The notes: a model not told the origin generated them from the letters alone. Numbered from the whole stretch's first letter, positions 12,843 through 25,665 are shown. The stretch is DNA of 63,524 nucleotides, filler included, from Octopus bimaculoides (GCF_001194135.2; 8 parts of 8 records of this genome joined end to end with filler, not necessarily neighbours in it); one strand, 5' to 3'. Translations and numbers: made by a program.

Positions 12843-13744
12843 NNNNNNNNNNNNNNNNNNNNNNNNNNNNNNNNNNNNNNNNNNNNTTAATTAATTAANN
12901 NNNNNNNNNNNNNNNNNNNNNNNNNNNNNNNNNNNNNNNNNNTATATATATGCGCATGTGTATGTACCTTCAATCGACTAAAATTGTAGGGGTTTTTTCT
13001 TCCCTTCACTTTAATGCAAGTATTTGGGGTTTCAACGCCCGATTGCAAACCAAATCAGTTTTCAAACAAAGCAATTGAAGAATACATATTTATAGTTATG
13101 CCGGATGCTAGCGCAGTTAGAAGAAACTTTCAAATCAGACGTAAAAAAGTCTTACCTACTCCTACTATGTGAGATTTACGTTTATTGTAGCAGTAAACTA
13201 TTTGTGTAGGAACCTAATCTCTCATATTATTCATAGATTTTTCCATACTGTACTCTTAATGCTATCATGTTATGATGTTACATCCGTTATCATAAGTTTC
13301 CCATGATACAATCATGTTATTGCTAAAACGGTCACACTTTCTGCCTTATTTAAAAGTTCTTTTACAGTGCTTGAAGTTCAGTCATTTATAAAGATAAATG
13401 TGTCGAGAAAACAGGAAATTAAAACGTCGTATTGCTAGCATTTAAACTAACACAAATAGTGAAAATAATCTGAATGTTATCTGCGTAAATCGTTAATAAC
13501 TAAGATAATATATAGTATAACTGAAATCTTATCTTCAATAAACCTATCGTTATAATGAGGAAGAGAAGTCAGCTTTGACGAGGGGAAATGAAACTTCACC
13601 GATTCTTGAAAAATACTCTCTTGGTAAGGGCTGGAGATATAGGATGAGGCACGCGTTAGTTTTTCAGTGAAGCTGACATACTTTATACACTATTCCCATA
13701 CAAATTAATACGCGAATACTGTCTAAGAATGGCAATTTCCTAAG

Positions 13745-14240
13745 ACAGTGGCATGGATGGGTGGTTAAGAAGCTCGCTTCACACCCCGATGGTTCCAGGT
13801 TCAATTTCATTTCGCGGTACCAAGGACAAGCATTTTTTGCCATAATCTCGAATTAACCAGTACACTCTGACTGGAATTATATAATATAGGCGCAGGTATC
13901 ACTGTGTTTGCTTTTCACCCCGTGGTTTCGTGTTCAGTGACACTGTGCGGCGCTATGGACAAGGTCCTCTATCATAGCTCCGGGCTGACAAATACCTTGT
14001 GAGTGAATTTTGTAGACGGAAAGTGTGTGGAAGCCCGTCGATTGTGTGTTTTTGTCTTTGCATTTAACCCCACACTGCTTGAAAACTGGTGTTGATTTGT
14101 TAACCTCCCCTTTACTTAGCGGTTCGGCAAAAATGACTCATAGAATATGTGCCAAACTTGGATATAAGTACCGGGGTCGATTTGTTCGTCTAAATCCTTC
14201 AATGCTGTGCCATCCAATAACTGAAACGAGTAAAAGTTAA
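13745..14240 (+). mobile_element. tRNA-derived cephalopod SINE (diverged, partly duplicated head)
   Basis: A/B-box-like head, CCTTGTGAGTG..GTAGACGGAAA..GAAGCCCGTC body, TTAGCGGTTCGGCAAAA, GGGGTCGATT and ..GAAAC.AGTAAAAG tail shared with other copies. Confidence 0.75.
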
Positions 14241-14446
14241 AAGATAATATATGCGCGTTTGTGCACGCATGATTCAGTCGTTGGATTACGACCATGCTGG
14301 AACACTATTAGTCGATTTGATTATTCCGAACCCAATATTATTTCAAACTAATACTTAATTATCAATCACCATTTGTCGAAATGCTAATTTACATGACATA
14401 AAGGGACATTACATAAGCAACACCGGTTTTTAGGTACACAGACAGA

Positions 14447-14460
14447 CGGACGGACAGGGG

Positions 14461-14495
<35 letters not shown>

Positions 14496-14524
14496 GGACA
14501 GACAGGCGGACAGACAGACAGACG

Positions 14525-14555
<31 letters not shown>

Positions 14556-14595
14556 ACACAGACAGACACACAGACAGACACACAGACAGACACAC

Positions 14596-14652
<57 letters not shown>
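14447..14652. repeat. (GACA)n/(GATA)n compound microsatellite
   Basis: Directly visible. Confidence 0.95.
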
Positions 14653-14689
14653 TGCATGTATATCTCTATGTGAGTGCGTGTTTTTGTGT

Positions 14690-14890
14690 TCCCCTTTCCC
14701 CTTCGCTTGACAACCGGTGTTGGTTTGTTTACGTTTCCGTACTTACTGAAAGTTCGGCAGAGAGGACGACAAACTTTTAAAAAGTATCAAACTTCAAAAA
14801 AAAATAATAAGTACAGAGGTTGATTTGATTTACTAAGCACTTTAAGGTGGTACCCCAGTATGGCCGCAGTCCAATGAATGAAACAAAAAA
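14690..14890 (+). mobile_element. SINE 3' half
   Basis: CGCTTGACAACCGGTGTTGG..GTTCGGCA..CAGTATGGCCGCAGTC..TGAAACA. Confidence 0.7.
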
Positions 14891-16139
14891 AATATTAAAG
14901 AATGAAAGAATAGAAGAATGTATTTTTCCGTTTTTCCGCTCGTTGAGTTCCAACTGATGTTGTATTTACATTTTCTAATGTTGAACCCTCTATCCATTTC
15001 ATAAACTAATGCTTGCAACAAGATGGATTTTAATGTGCGTCTTGAGAACTTCCTTTTATGTACTATGCCCTGATTATGTCAACCAATTTCCAATCAAAAG
15101 ATATTAATCTATCCGAGGATATAACAGGATCAAAGGGCCGTACAATCGGATCAAATCTAGAATCACGTGGTTGCAAAATGCTTTTCTTCACCACACAACA
15201 ATTCCTGCGTGTAATAAAACGTTTAATGAAGTATAGAAGTTCAGCTCTTACGCATAGACACCCATGATCGTGCGTGCATGAGCACGCATGCGTGTGTGTG
15301 CGCGCGCGCGTATGTATGTGTATGTGTATGTGTGTGTGTAAGTACTTTCAGCCATATACATACACACATACTCTGCATGTTACAACCAGAAATGGCTCTG
15401 ATGAAAGTAGCATTAATTTTATCAGGTCGTTCAATGTATGTGTACATATTCCTATGTATAAATGTATATTACGTTTGTGTATTGTGTATATGCATGTGTG
15501 AATGTATGTGTGAGTATGGAGAGAGAGAGAATGGTTTTGTATTTGATTTGCAAGATCTTTGATGCGAAGTCAAGGCTTACAACAAATATATTTTCGCTTT
15601 GGTAGGGTCATGTTGCCAATAAAAAGACAGGCATCATTTATATTTCACTTCAGTTTTGTCAATTAACTAGAAAAATAAGTAATTAGTTAGTGAATTAATG
15701 GATTAATTGGTTTTTGGTTTCTTTAACGTGCTTTCGTCACAGCATATGACCTTATTGATGACAATAAACCCTCCTTCTTAGACCTTTACAAATCATTTGA
15801 TTCGTTTATTAATTACTTTACAATTCAATTAACTACTAGTATAATTGATTAATAATAAAACTGAATCGAAATACAATCATTGTGTGTATTTTATTGGAAA
15901 CATGGCCTATTCAACGTACAAAACAAAATAACGTAAGATTTAACCAAGTTAGCAACTCGCTGAAAGACACTGCGTTCTGTTATCTCGAAACAAAAAGAAA
16001 TATTCAACAGCTTCATTTCATAAAGAATGCAACTCCTTCAAATACAAACTCCATCGGTGCAACAATAATAAAACGCAGACTAACAGAACACCAAGCTTAA
16101 CATTTTAACTATAAGGTAATATCAACTATAGGAAGGAAA

Positions 16140-16565
16140 ATTTATCTTTTATCGTTTTTACTTGTTTCAGTCATTAAATTGCAGTCATGCTGGGTACCAC
16201 TTTGAAGCGTTTAGCCGAACAAATCGACCCCATTTCTTACATTTTTTTTTATAGTTTGAGATTTATTTCTGTTACGGGGGCGTAAACGAACCAACACCGG
16301 TTTACAATTGATGAGAGACCAAACACAAACACATACACACACGTTTGTGTTTATATATGTGTCTGTGCGTATATGTGCGCGTGCGTATATGTGCACTTGC
16401 GTATATGTGCGCTTGCGTATGTGTGTGTGTATATGCTTTTAGTCTCTGTCCAAAATTCGTTCACAACGTTGTAATAGAAGACACTTGGCCAAAGTGCCCG
16501 CTGTGGGACTAAACCCGAAACCAGGCGGCTGCAAAGCGAGCTTCATAACCATATAGCCATGCCTG
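16140..16565 (-). mobile_element. tRNA-derived SINE
   Basis: Reverse complement of the same SINE head, body and tail. Confidence 0.7.
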
Positions 16566-17457
16566 CACTTACACATAGATTTAGAAACATGAAGGGTGAG
16601 AAAAGAGTCTCTACTACACGAAATGTAAACATTCTCGCACCATCATAGAAAACAACACACCTGGATGTTATCCAATAAGAATGTCGATATATAAACTTAC
16701 ACCTGTAACTGACACTTCAACAATAAACTAAAATGAGTGGAACAACATCAGCAGCGACAAGAACAACATCAGTCAACGAGAAGTAGAAACAAAATAGCCT
16801 AATAGCATAGATGGAATTGTGTTTGATCGAACACTAATTTGAAATTTTAACACAGACAGCCAGAGAATACGGTGCAAACGAATTAACTGGACATAGAAGA
16901 AACAGCTAGTCTTTCTTAAATTGGTACCGAAATACGCCACCTTTAAGGTGAGGAGAATTTAATTGACTGCCTGAAATTGAAAATGGTTTTCAGAAAAGTT
17001 AGATGGCAGCTAGGGGAATAACAGTAACAACGGTAATATAAATAACAATTACAGTAAAAATAACAACACTTGCTACATAAGTTGCGACAACAACAGAAGC
17101 AGCAGCAGTGGTGGTGGTGGTAACAATAAGCGCCTTAATAAGAACAATATCAACGGTAACAACACAATTAGTAAAAATAATATTAACAACATCAATTAAC
17201 AACAACAGCAGTAACAATAAGAACCTCTTTGAGAATAACGAGAGAAATAAAAACAACAGTACACCACAGAACACCAACAACAACAACAATGACAGTAGCA
17301 ACACTAGCACACTAGCTCTCCTCTCACCACAAATACTAATTGCTCTAACAACAATTCTAACCCTAACCTTAACCGTAACAGAAAACCATCTACAATGAGA
17401 ACAGTGGTGGTAGTAATAGGAGTAGGAGCGGTGGTAGTAGTAATAGGAGTAAGATCG

Positions 17458-17514
<57 letters not shown>

Positions 17515-18399
17515 ACCTCTTTAACTCCCTTTTCTGTAACCCCTCCGACATGAAATAGATATATCTCTCTAAACTACGGTCCAATAAAAGTGTCTACCTC
17601 CCACCAAAGGCAAACGATGAAACAGACGAAAAATTTACATTAGCTGAAACGAAACTTCTATGGGCGAACGAACGAATGAACATATGAATGAATGAATATT
17701 TCTATCTTCGTGATGGCGGGGGCGGAGGACTCAGACAGAACCCCGCCGTTCTTCGATTCGTTACGCCTTCATGCTTTCTTTATGATGAACAGGGTAGATG
17801 GAAACCAAGTTCTCTTCTGATTTACAGTTGCAGTTGACGTCCTGAGCCTTCACCACTTCGCAGACAATGAAGACAGTGAGAGATTATGCTCGAAGTGGTC
17901 CTTCTCCTTGCCTGGTTGCCTTCTAAAGAATCCGAATCCAGACTGGCAGCCCAGTTATCTTAGGACATGCTTTAGCAAAAGGTGAATGGGGCTTCTCTCA
18001 CAGTAATTTTACAGTACAACGGACATTGACTCAGAATTTTCGGTGATCCCACGTTGGATAAGTAATTTTGCTGTTCTGATAGGTCTCTAGCAATCCTCCT
18101 CACCGAGCAAAAAGTCTCATGGAGGACGATTTAGCAGTCAACAGTCTAAACCCGACAATGCGGAAGGTTGTACCGTACCACTTATTACCAGCAGTACTCG
18201 TAAGCCAGATATGGAAGGAAACTGAAACAGAGGACTAAAAAGATTAGAGAAAGAGTAAGCTTCCCCATGGGTAAGTACCATAGAATGTCAATGATATTAT
18301 TAGCTGAAAACTGAAGAGAGAAGCCGAACACCACAAGAGCATAAAAAGATACTAGAGGCTGGATTTGAATGCACAATTCCCCGAACAGAAAGTAAAAAT

Positions 18400-19300
18400 G
18401 AATAACAACAGTCCTGCCAACAACAACACAACCTAGGCATAAGTAATCCCAACATACAATAACCTAGACAAGTAAAAAGCTCTTTAATGCCAATGTGGGA
18501 ATGTAGTGCAACATACCTCAATCGAAAATGCAGACTGCCAATAACTTCAAGGCAATGACAATGAAATATCAAAAATCTACCACGGATCTCCTTGGTAGAG
18601 TCATAACTCGACCGGTTAGGGGAGCTAACATCTCCCGCAGCACTAGGTTATCTTACTTTCTTACAATGATCTTGAACCTGTTATCGGAGATGTCTTCCAG
18701 CATCTGCAATAATACAAACTCCTCAGTAGGCTCAATGACTGCAACCACGCTTATGACTTCACAGATTGGAAAACAAGTACACTGGAGGTACTATTCCTAT
18801 ATCATTCAGCAACATTGAATTAACTATTAAAAATTACGTAAAGGCGCTTTGCGAGAGTGATGTAGTATTGCAAGTTGTTTGTAGCAACATACTGGGATCT
18901 TCCCCTAAATTAACATATTACAATGTCTCTTCTATGTGTGTGTTAAAGAGGTGGAAGCCATTGATGTAAGTTTATTTGGTGACGTATCCAAACTTTTTAT
19001 GGTATACGGTACTAAAGATTTACACAGCTCCTAGCAAAATATCACTACTATGATTATACTCTCCAGATATGTCAAGGACATAAATCTTGTATTGAAAGTA
19101 TCCACAACATATATAGAAGAAACAGCGTGTAACATAGACGCAAGAATACAAATCTGAGTACAACGAAAAAATCAGCATCAGTAATCTAGCAACACGCTAA
19201 AGATAAAGATGGTTAGTAAAACAACATCACAATATAAATCCCTTCAACATGCCCACCTATCACTAAGACACAAAGACAAGTTACTGAGGCAACACGCACA
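18400..19300 (+). mobile_element. Highly decayed Penelope-like element (RT and GIY-YIG remnants)
   Basis: TRPVRGAN..TRLSYFLTMIL resembles a PLE RT motif; TTYIEETACNIDARI resembles YIGETxRNxxxR; followed by the hammerhead palindrome. Confidence 0.45.
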
Positions 19301-19384
19301 CTTTAAATCGTCAATAACCATATATAATTCATCACTGAAAGCACGTGTCTCGAGGCATGCTGACAGAAATTTCTAGAAAATTCC

Positions 19385-19454
19385 ATTATTATCGAATCGG
19401 TCCGATTTCTGAGTTAATTCGTAAAGAATTTTCTCGTCATCAGCGGTAAATACG
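19385..19454 (-). ncRNA. Type I hammerhead ribozyme motif (left arm of the palindrome)
   Basis: Minus: ACCG-CUGAUGA-C-GAG-AA-AAUUC-uuuac-GAAUU-AA-CUC-A-GAAA-UCGGACCGA-UU-CGAU. Confidence 0.55.
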
Positions 19455-19528
19455 TTAAGAAATAAATGAAATATTTACTTGCACACGCAAAGCCATGAGT
19501 ACACTTAAGTATTTCATTTATTTCTTAA

Positions 19529-19599
19529 CGTATTTACCGCTGATGACGAAAAAGTTCTTTATGAATTAACTCAGAAATTGGACCGATTCGGTAATAACG
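19529..19599 (+). ncRNA. Type I hammerhead ribozyme motif (right arm of the palindrome)
   Basis: CGUAUUUACCG-CUGAUGA(19540-46)-stem II-GAAA(19574-77)-UUGGACCGA-UU-CGGUAAUAACG. Confidence 0.55.
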
Positions 19600-19732
19600 G
19601 AAATTTTTAGAAATTTCTGTCAGCTTGCTTCAAGATGCGTGCTTTTAGTGATGAATTATATGTGATTATTGACGATTTAAAGTCTATCTCTCGGCATATG
19701 TGGCATAGGAATTTTTTCTTTTTCCCTTATTT

Positions 19733-19790
<58 letters not shown>

Positions 19791-20453
19791 TATGTATTCA
19801 CTTATTCACAACATGCATATATCTAATATATATGTATACACATATATAATCATGTGTGTGTGTGTGTCTGTCTGTCTGTGTCTGTGTCTGTGTGTGCGCG
19901 TGTTATATTCTATTATATTATATTATACGATATACACACAAAATGAGCATATATATAGTCGCACAGGAAGGAGCAAAAGCACAAAGACTGCACAATAAAG
20001 TGACGGTCTGACGAAGAAACATCATCATTATTCTACCAATTATTTGATAGTAAAACTGAAGTGATACTCAAGCAGTACCTGTGTTATTTTTAGCACCATA
20101 CCCTCTCAAAGTACAGCTGGAAACAGCTATAAATCAAATTTACTACAATAACGAAATGTTATGACCATTATTTATGCTTTGTTATGTGTGTGTGTGTGTG
20201 TGTCTGTCTGTCTATGTCTGTGTCTGTGTCTGTCTCTGTGTCTGTCAGTGTGTGTGTGTGTGTGTACGTGCGTGCGTGCGTGTGCATGTATATATTCTTA
20301 TGTCCCCTCTCTCCATCTGGTCCCACTAAATATTATATCTCCTCGAGATATATGAATGTTTTGGAACAATACTACTATTGTAAGTTATTACCTGTTTTAT
20401 ATATGTCTGCGTGTGTGTGGTATATGCATAAATATAGCCACACACACACACAA

Positions 20454-20484
<31 letters not shown>

Positions 20485-20825
20485 NNNNNNNNNNNNNNNN
20501 NNNNNNNNNNNNNNNNNNNNNNNNNNNNNNNNNNNNNNNNNNNNNNNNNNNNNNNNNNNNNNNNNNNNNNNNNNNNNNNNNNNNNNNNNNNNNNNNNNNN
20601 NNNNNNNNNNNNNNNNNNNNNNNNNNNNNNNNNNNNNNNNNNNNNNNNNNNNNNNNNNNNNNNNNNNNNNNNNNNNNNNNNNNNNNNNNNNNNNNNNNNN
20701 NNNNNNNNNNNNNNNNNNNNNNNNNNNNNNNNNNNNNNNNNNNNNNNNNNNNNNNNNNNNNNNNNNNNNNNNNNNNNNNNNNNNNNNNNNNNNNNNNNNN
20801 NNNNNNNNNNNNNNNNNNNNNNNNN

Positions 20826-21017
20826 NACATCGCTTGACAACCGATGCTGGTATGTTTACGTCCCCGTAACTTAGCGGTTCGGCAAAAGAAACCGATAGAA
20901 TAAGTACTAGGCTTACAAAGAATAAGACCTGGGGTCGATTTACTCGACTAAAGGCGGTGCTCCAGCATGGCCACAGTCAAATGACTGAAACAAGTAAAAT
21001 AGTAAAAGAGTAAAGAG
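20826..21017 (+). mobile_element. SINE 3' half, close to the family consensus seen in this window
   Basis: GTAACTTAGCGGTTCGGCAAAAG..GGGGTCGATTT.CTCGACTAAAGGCGGTGCTCCAGCATGGCC.CAGTCAAATGACTGAAACAAGTAAAA. Confidence 0.85.
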
Positions 21018-21025
21018 TATATATA

Positions 21026-21918
21026 TGCGTGGTCTGATCAATAAGTATCCGGACTGTTGCCATAGTAACGAAGCTAAAGCAAGCAGAGTGAAGCCACTTG
21101 GCACAGATTGACCTTGAACTCTGTTGTGCATACCGTCTACCTTATTACGTTGTAACTCACTTTCACTGCTTACAACAGTGCTTGGAACGAAAGGTGTGTA
21201 GCGTGTGATCGCTGCATTAACCATGACAAAGTTGAACAGGGAATCTACATCAAATTTTGCCAAAAGCTTGGCGATACATGCTCAGAGGCCTACGTAATGT
21301 TTTCAGAAAGTTTTCATCGTTCTCGTCACAATCAAGGAGATCTTATGCAACTGAAACCCGAGCGTCTTTTTGGCCAACTGAAAGCAGTTTTGGCACAAAT
21401 CTGGCAGACATGTCTCATACGCAAATCTTCAGTGATAATGGACTGGCCTAGACTGTAACTAATCTGCACATCCTCTAATAACTCACGGATCGGAATTCGG
21501 CGATGTCCCCTCACAGCTGCACACACATCTGCGATGTTTTTCTCAGTTCTACTGGTTGCAGGTCTTCCAGAACGTTCATTAATATCGACATTTTTTAGGC
21601 CATCTCGGAAAAATCTGAACCACTCGTACACTTGGGTCCAGCCCCTACACGCCTCTCCATACACTTTCTGCAACTTTGCGTAGGCCTCTGGGCAGGTATT
21701 GCCATGACAACTTTCTCTATCATGGTTAATCTGACGATCACACGCTACACACCTTGCTTCCAAGCACCGTTGTAAACAGCGGAAGTGAGCTAGAACCTTA
21801 CAACTTAGTACCATGCACAGCAGAGTTCAAGGTCAATCTTTGCAAAGCAGCCTCACTCTGCGTTCATTAGCTTCGTTACTACGGCAACAGCCCGGACACT
21901 TATTGATCAGACCTTGCA
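21026..21918. mobile_element. Mariner-derived non-autonomous foldback element built from two inverted 5' ends
   Basis: TIR GGTCTGATCAATAAGT at both ends; both arms contain the transposase start (FCQKLGDTCSEAY on +, TCPEAYAKLQKVYGE..VYEWFRFFRDG..DINERSGRPATS on -). Confidence 0.8.
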
Positions 21919-22505
21919 TTGGGTCATCCCATAAATAATGCAGATTGTTCAATTGCATGAACTAAAATTTGGAGGGGGACGGGATAAACTGCCTGCATCA
22001 ACTTGCTATAAAAGCAGGTAGTAATTTTACCTTGTACTTATTCTTCGTGAAAATTCTGAAGAGTGCAGTTCGATTTTAACAGTTACTTTGTCAAAGTTAT
22101 AATAGAAGTGACAAAGGAACATATTCGGCATATTTTGCTTTATGAGTTCAATAAAGACAACACTGCAACGGAAAGTGCGAGGAATATTAATGCAGTAAAT
22201 GGGGTTCGGACATTAAGCGTAAGCCAGTGTCAATGGTGGTTCCAGAAATTCCGAGCCGGAAACTACAGCCTAGGAGACGAGCTTCGTCTTGGAAGATCTG
22301 TAGAGCTCGAAGAGGACGTCCTGCAAACCCTGGTGGAACAAAATCCTATCGTAACTGTTGAGCAACTAGCAGAGAAGCTTGGATTTGGTCATTCAATCAT
22401 TCATCAACACCTGCATGCCATCAGAAAAGTCAGCAAATTTGGTCAATGGTCATTTTTGGATCGAATAGTGACCGGGGGCGAGAAATGGGTTCTCTATAAA
22501 AATTT
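21919..22505 (+). mobile_element. Mariner transposase 5' fragment (HTH plus start of DDD domain)
   Basis: EHIRHILLYEFNK..ATESARNIN..QWWFQKFRAGNYSL..GRS..NP..TVEQLAEKLG..KVSKFGQW/FLDRIVTGGEKWVLY. Confidence 0.9.
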
Positions 22506-22526
22506 CATATTTATATATGTGTATAT

Positions 22527-23135
22527 ATACAGGGTGCGATGGGTAAATTTCAGCCATCTTATATCATTAATTTCGCGCGTACGCATTGTTTGTTTTTTGA
22601 GTTTGTCGACTACACAGTATAGTAGGGTCAGTTTGGCACTATCTGTGAGAAAATCACCACCGTGTCCCAATTCACTCCGTTAGAATTTTGAAAATGACAT
22701 GCTGTACTGCTTGGTATTCGCTCCAGAAACTCCAATACGAGTATTTCAGAGTGTTTGGGTGTCAATCTGAGGACAATGCAATTTGAGGACATGTACCGAG
22801 AGTGATAAAAATCAAACATCCAGTCAACATCATGGTGTTTGGAGTGATCATTAGTGATGGCAACGTAATGCCTCCATTCAGCTTCCCACACGGCCTCAGA
22901 CTCACGGAGGCCTACATCAAGTGCCTAGAGGAAGTAGTGCTGCCTTAGGTCAAGAGGACGGCTGCTGGAAGACCCTGTGTCTGGCAGCAGGACTCTGCAC
23001 CATGTCACATAGGCAGGAAAACCCAGTCATGCAACTACCCAGACTGCAACTACCTTGATTAATATGTGTGGGGTGCAGTTGAGCAAGACACCAAGGATTA
23101 TGGCAGCATTTACCAACTCAAACAAGGAGATCGTC
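22527..23135 (+). mobile_element. Tc1/mariner-superfamily relic (possibly maT/rosa-like)
   Basis: KHPVNIMVFGVI.SDG.VMPP..VLP..WQQDSAPCH..DCNYLD*YVWGAVEQ. Confidence 0.7.
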
Positions 23136-24229
23136 CNNNNNNNNNNNNNNNNNNNNNNNNNNNNNNNNNNNNNNNNNNNNTTAATTAATTAANNNNNNNN
23201 NNNNNNNNNNNNNNNNNNNNNNNNNNNNNNNNNNNNATATCTATATATATATATATGTATATATTTATATATCTGTGTATATATTTATATATCAAAACAG
23301 AATGAAGTTCCACGCAAATGGTGGAAATGCCACATTCATGATCGCAAATTTGTCTGCAATCAAAATCTTTAATTTCTAATCTAAAAGTAGTAAAAGCTTA
23401 ATGGTTGAGTGGATCTGAGTATTTTAGCATTATTAGTTTCATAAAGATTCACAGTTCAAATCCAGTCTAGGATCATGTGAGTATCAAGTCATAAGACACT
23501 TGATTGGTTGGGGATTCAACCAACAATAGTATAATGCTCATAGAAACATTATTTATATAATATGTTTATAAGATGAGATTGAAGGATTTCATCTTATGAA
23601 CATCTCAGACATTACTTGATCTGTCATCTCATAATCTTAATTGATATTTACTTGATCCAATTATCATTTAATCATAATCTTAAGAACAATATCACATCCC
23701 AGATAATTAATTGATGAAATGTTTCCTCTACATATAAATACCATAATTGTTTCTAATCTCATAAAAATCCAGCAATTTTGAGGAGAGAAGGGATTCAATT
23801 TATATCAACTCTAGTATCCAAATGCTGCTTACTTTATCAACCTTGAATGCATGAAAGGTAAATTTGGCCTTTGCAGCATTTGAGCTCAGAACCCAAAACC
23901 AGAAGAAATAGCACTAAGCATTTTGCCCATCGTGTCAGTTATTCAGTCAGCTTTCCACCTTTCCTCATTACATAAACATTATGATATTATTAAATCACCC
24001 CATTTACTACTATCATTATATCAGGAAGTTGATTTACATTCTTTTATGTGTATATCAATCCTGGATAATATTCCTAAGTCTCAGAGAGAATGTCTTGTTA
24101 CTTTGGTTACAACTGGGCAAGAAAACACTTGGCAACCAAACTCATCAAACGTTTCCTATGAACTAGTTGTTGCTTGCATAAATCTTTAGCTGTTTCCTTA
24201 GATTCTGAACTTTGTCCCCATGATCAAAA

Positions 24230-25665
24230 GTACTCCAGTCACAAACACTGAAGATGTACAGAAAACAGATTCCATCACATGACAAGGGGAGAAACCAGAA
24301 GTAGTTAATAGCTTTTGCTACCTAGGTGACCAAGTCTGTAGTGGGGGTGGTTGTTCTGAGAGTGTAGCAGCTAGAATAAGAATAGCCTGGGCAAAGTTCA
24401 AGGAGCTCCAACCTCTGCTGGTAACTAAGGGCCTCTCACTCAGGATGAAAGGTAGACTGTATGATGTATGTATGCAAACTGCTATGCTACTCGACAGTGA
24501 AACCTGGACTGTGACTTCTGAGGACATGCGTAGGCTTGAAAGAAATAAAACTAGTATGATCTGCTGAATGTCTAATGTCAGTGTACTTACACAACAGAGT
24601 GTAAGCACCCTGAGAGAAAAGTTGGGCATAAGAAGCATCAGATGTGGTGTGCAACAGGGACGACTGCGCTGGTATGGTCATGTGCTGTGTATGGATGAGG
24701 ACAGCTGTGTGAGGAAGTGCCACTCCCTAACTGTGGAAAGAAACTGTGAAAGAGGTAGACTCAGGAAGACATGGGATGAGGTGGTGAAGCATGACCTTCA
24801 AACATTGAGCCTCACCAAGGCAATGACAGGAGACGGAGACCTTTGGAGATGTGCTGTGATTGAGAAGATTCTGCAACTAAAGTGAGATCACAGCCATGCA
24901 TGTCCAGCCCAGTTAAGAGTACCCAGATGTGTAGGGCGATATGATATACTTGAGAAGACCTGTTGAGTCAAGTAAAATCAATATCATAGCTGTGGCTGGT
25001 GCCCCCTAACCTGCTTCCATGCCAGTGGCATGTAAAATGCACCATCCAAACATTGTCAGTACCAGGTCCGCCTGACTGGCTCCCATGCCGGTGGCATGTA
25101 AAAATTACCATCCAAATGTGGCCAATGCCAGTACCCCCTGACTGGTTCCCATGCCAGTGGCACGTAAAAAGCACCATCTAAACATGGCCAATGCCAGGTC
25201 TGCTTGACTGGCTCCTGTGCCGGTGGCATGTAAAAAGCACCATCCAAACGTGCCCGATGCCAGTACCCCATAACTGTCCCCCCCCCCTGCCAGTGGCACA
25301 TAAAAAGCACTATCCAAACATTATCCACACCAGGACTGACTGATTGACTCCCGTGCCGGTGGCACGTAAAAAGTACCATCCGAACGTGGTCAATGCCAGC
25401 ACCCCCTGACTGGCCCCTGTGCCAGTGGCATGTAAAAAGCATTATCTCTACATGATCGATGCCAGACCCATCTGACTGGCTCCTGTGCCAGTACCACATA
25501 AAAAGCACCCACTACACTCAGAGTGGTTAGGAAGGGCATCCAGCTGTAGAAACATTGCTAGATCAGATTCGAGCCTTGTGCAGCTGCTGACTCTCCAGAC
25601 CTCAGTCAAACCATCCAACCCATGCCAGCATGGAAAACGGACATTAAACGATGATGATGATGATG
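24230..25665 (+). mobile_element. RTE-clade LINE 3' fragment with repeat-bearing 3' UTR and (GAT)n tail
   Basis: LEVVNSFCYLGD..ARIRIAWAKFKEL..KGRLY..ETW..RLRWYGHVL..RGRLRKTWDEVVKHDL; tail CCAACCCATGCCAGCATGGAAAACGGACATTAAACGATGATGAT. Confidence 0.9.
25002..25510 (+). repeat. 66-bp tandem repeat x8 in the RTE 3' UTR, with alternating A/B units
   Basis: Unit starts 25002, 25068, 25134; core TGCCRGTGGCAYGTAAAAAGCACC. Confidence 0.9.

Larger units (their letters stand above)
19300..19683. repeat. 384-bp palindrome (174-bp arms, 36-nt spacer) carrying two mirror-image hammerhead motifs
   Basis: Arms 19300-19473 and 19510-19683 are reverse complements, roughly 85-90% identical. Confidence 0.9.

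Noticed and set aside
12887-12898. TTAATTAATTAA islands inside N runs (also 23181, 35823, 39609, 41604, 48938, 52215)
   Set aside because: Where counted, 44 N + 12 nt + 44 N = 100 bp; the 12-mer has stops in all six frames. This is an assembly gap linker, not biology.
5144-25510. CRISPR-like appearance of the 32-bp (5144) and 66-bp (25002) arrays
   Set aside because: The units are contiguous with no unique spacers, there are no cas genes, and both sit inside eukaryotic retroelements.
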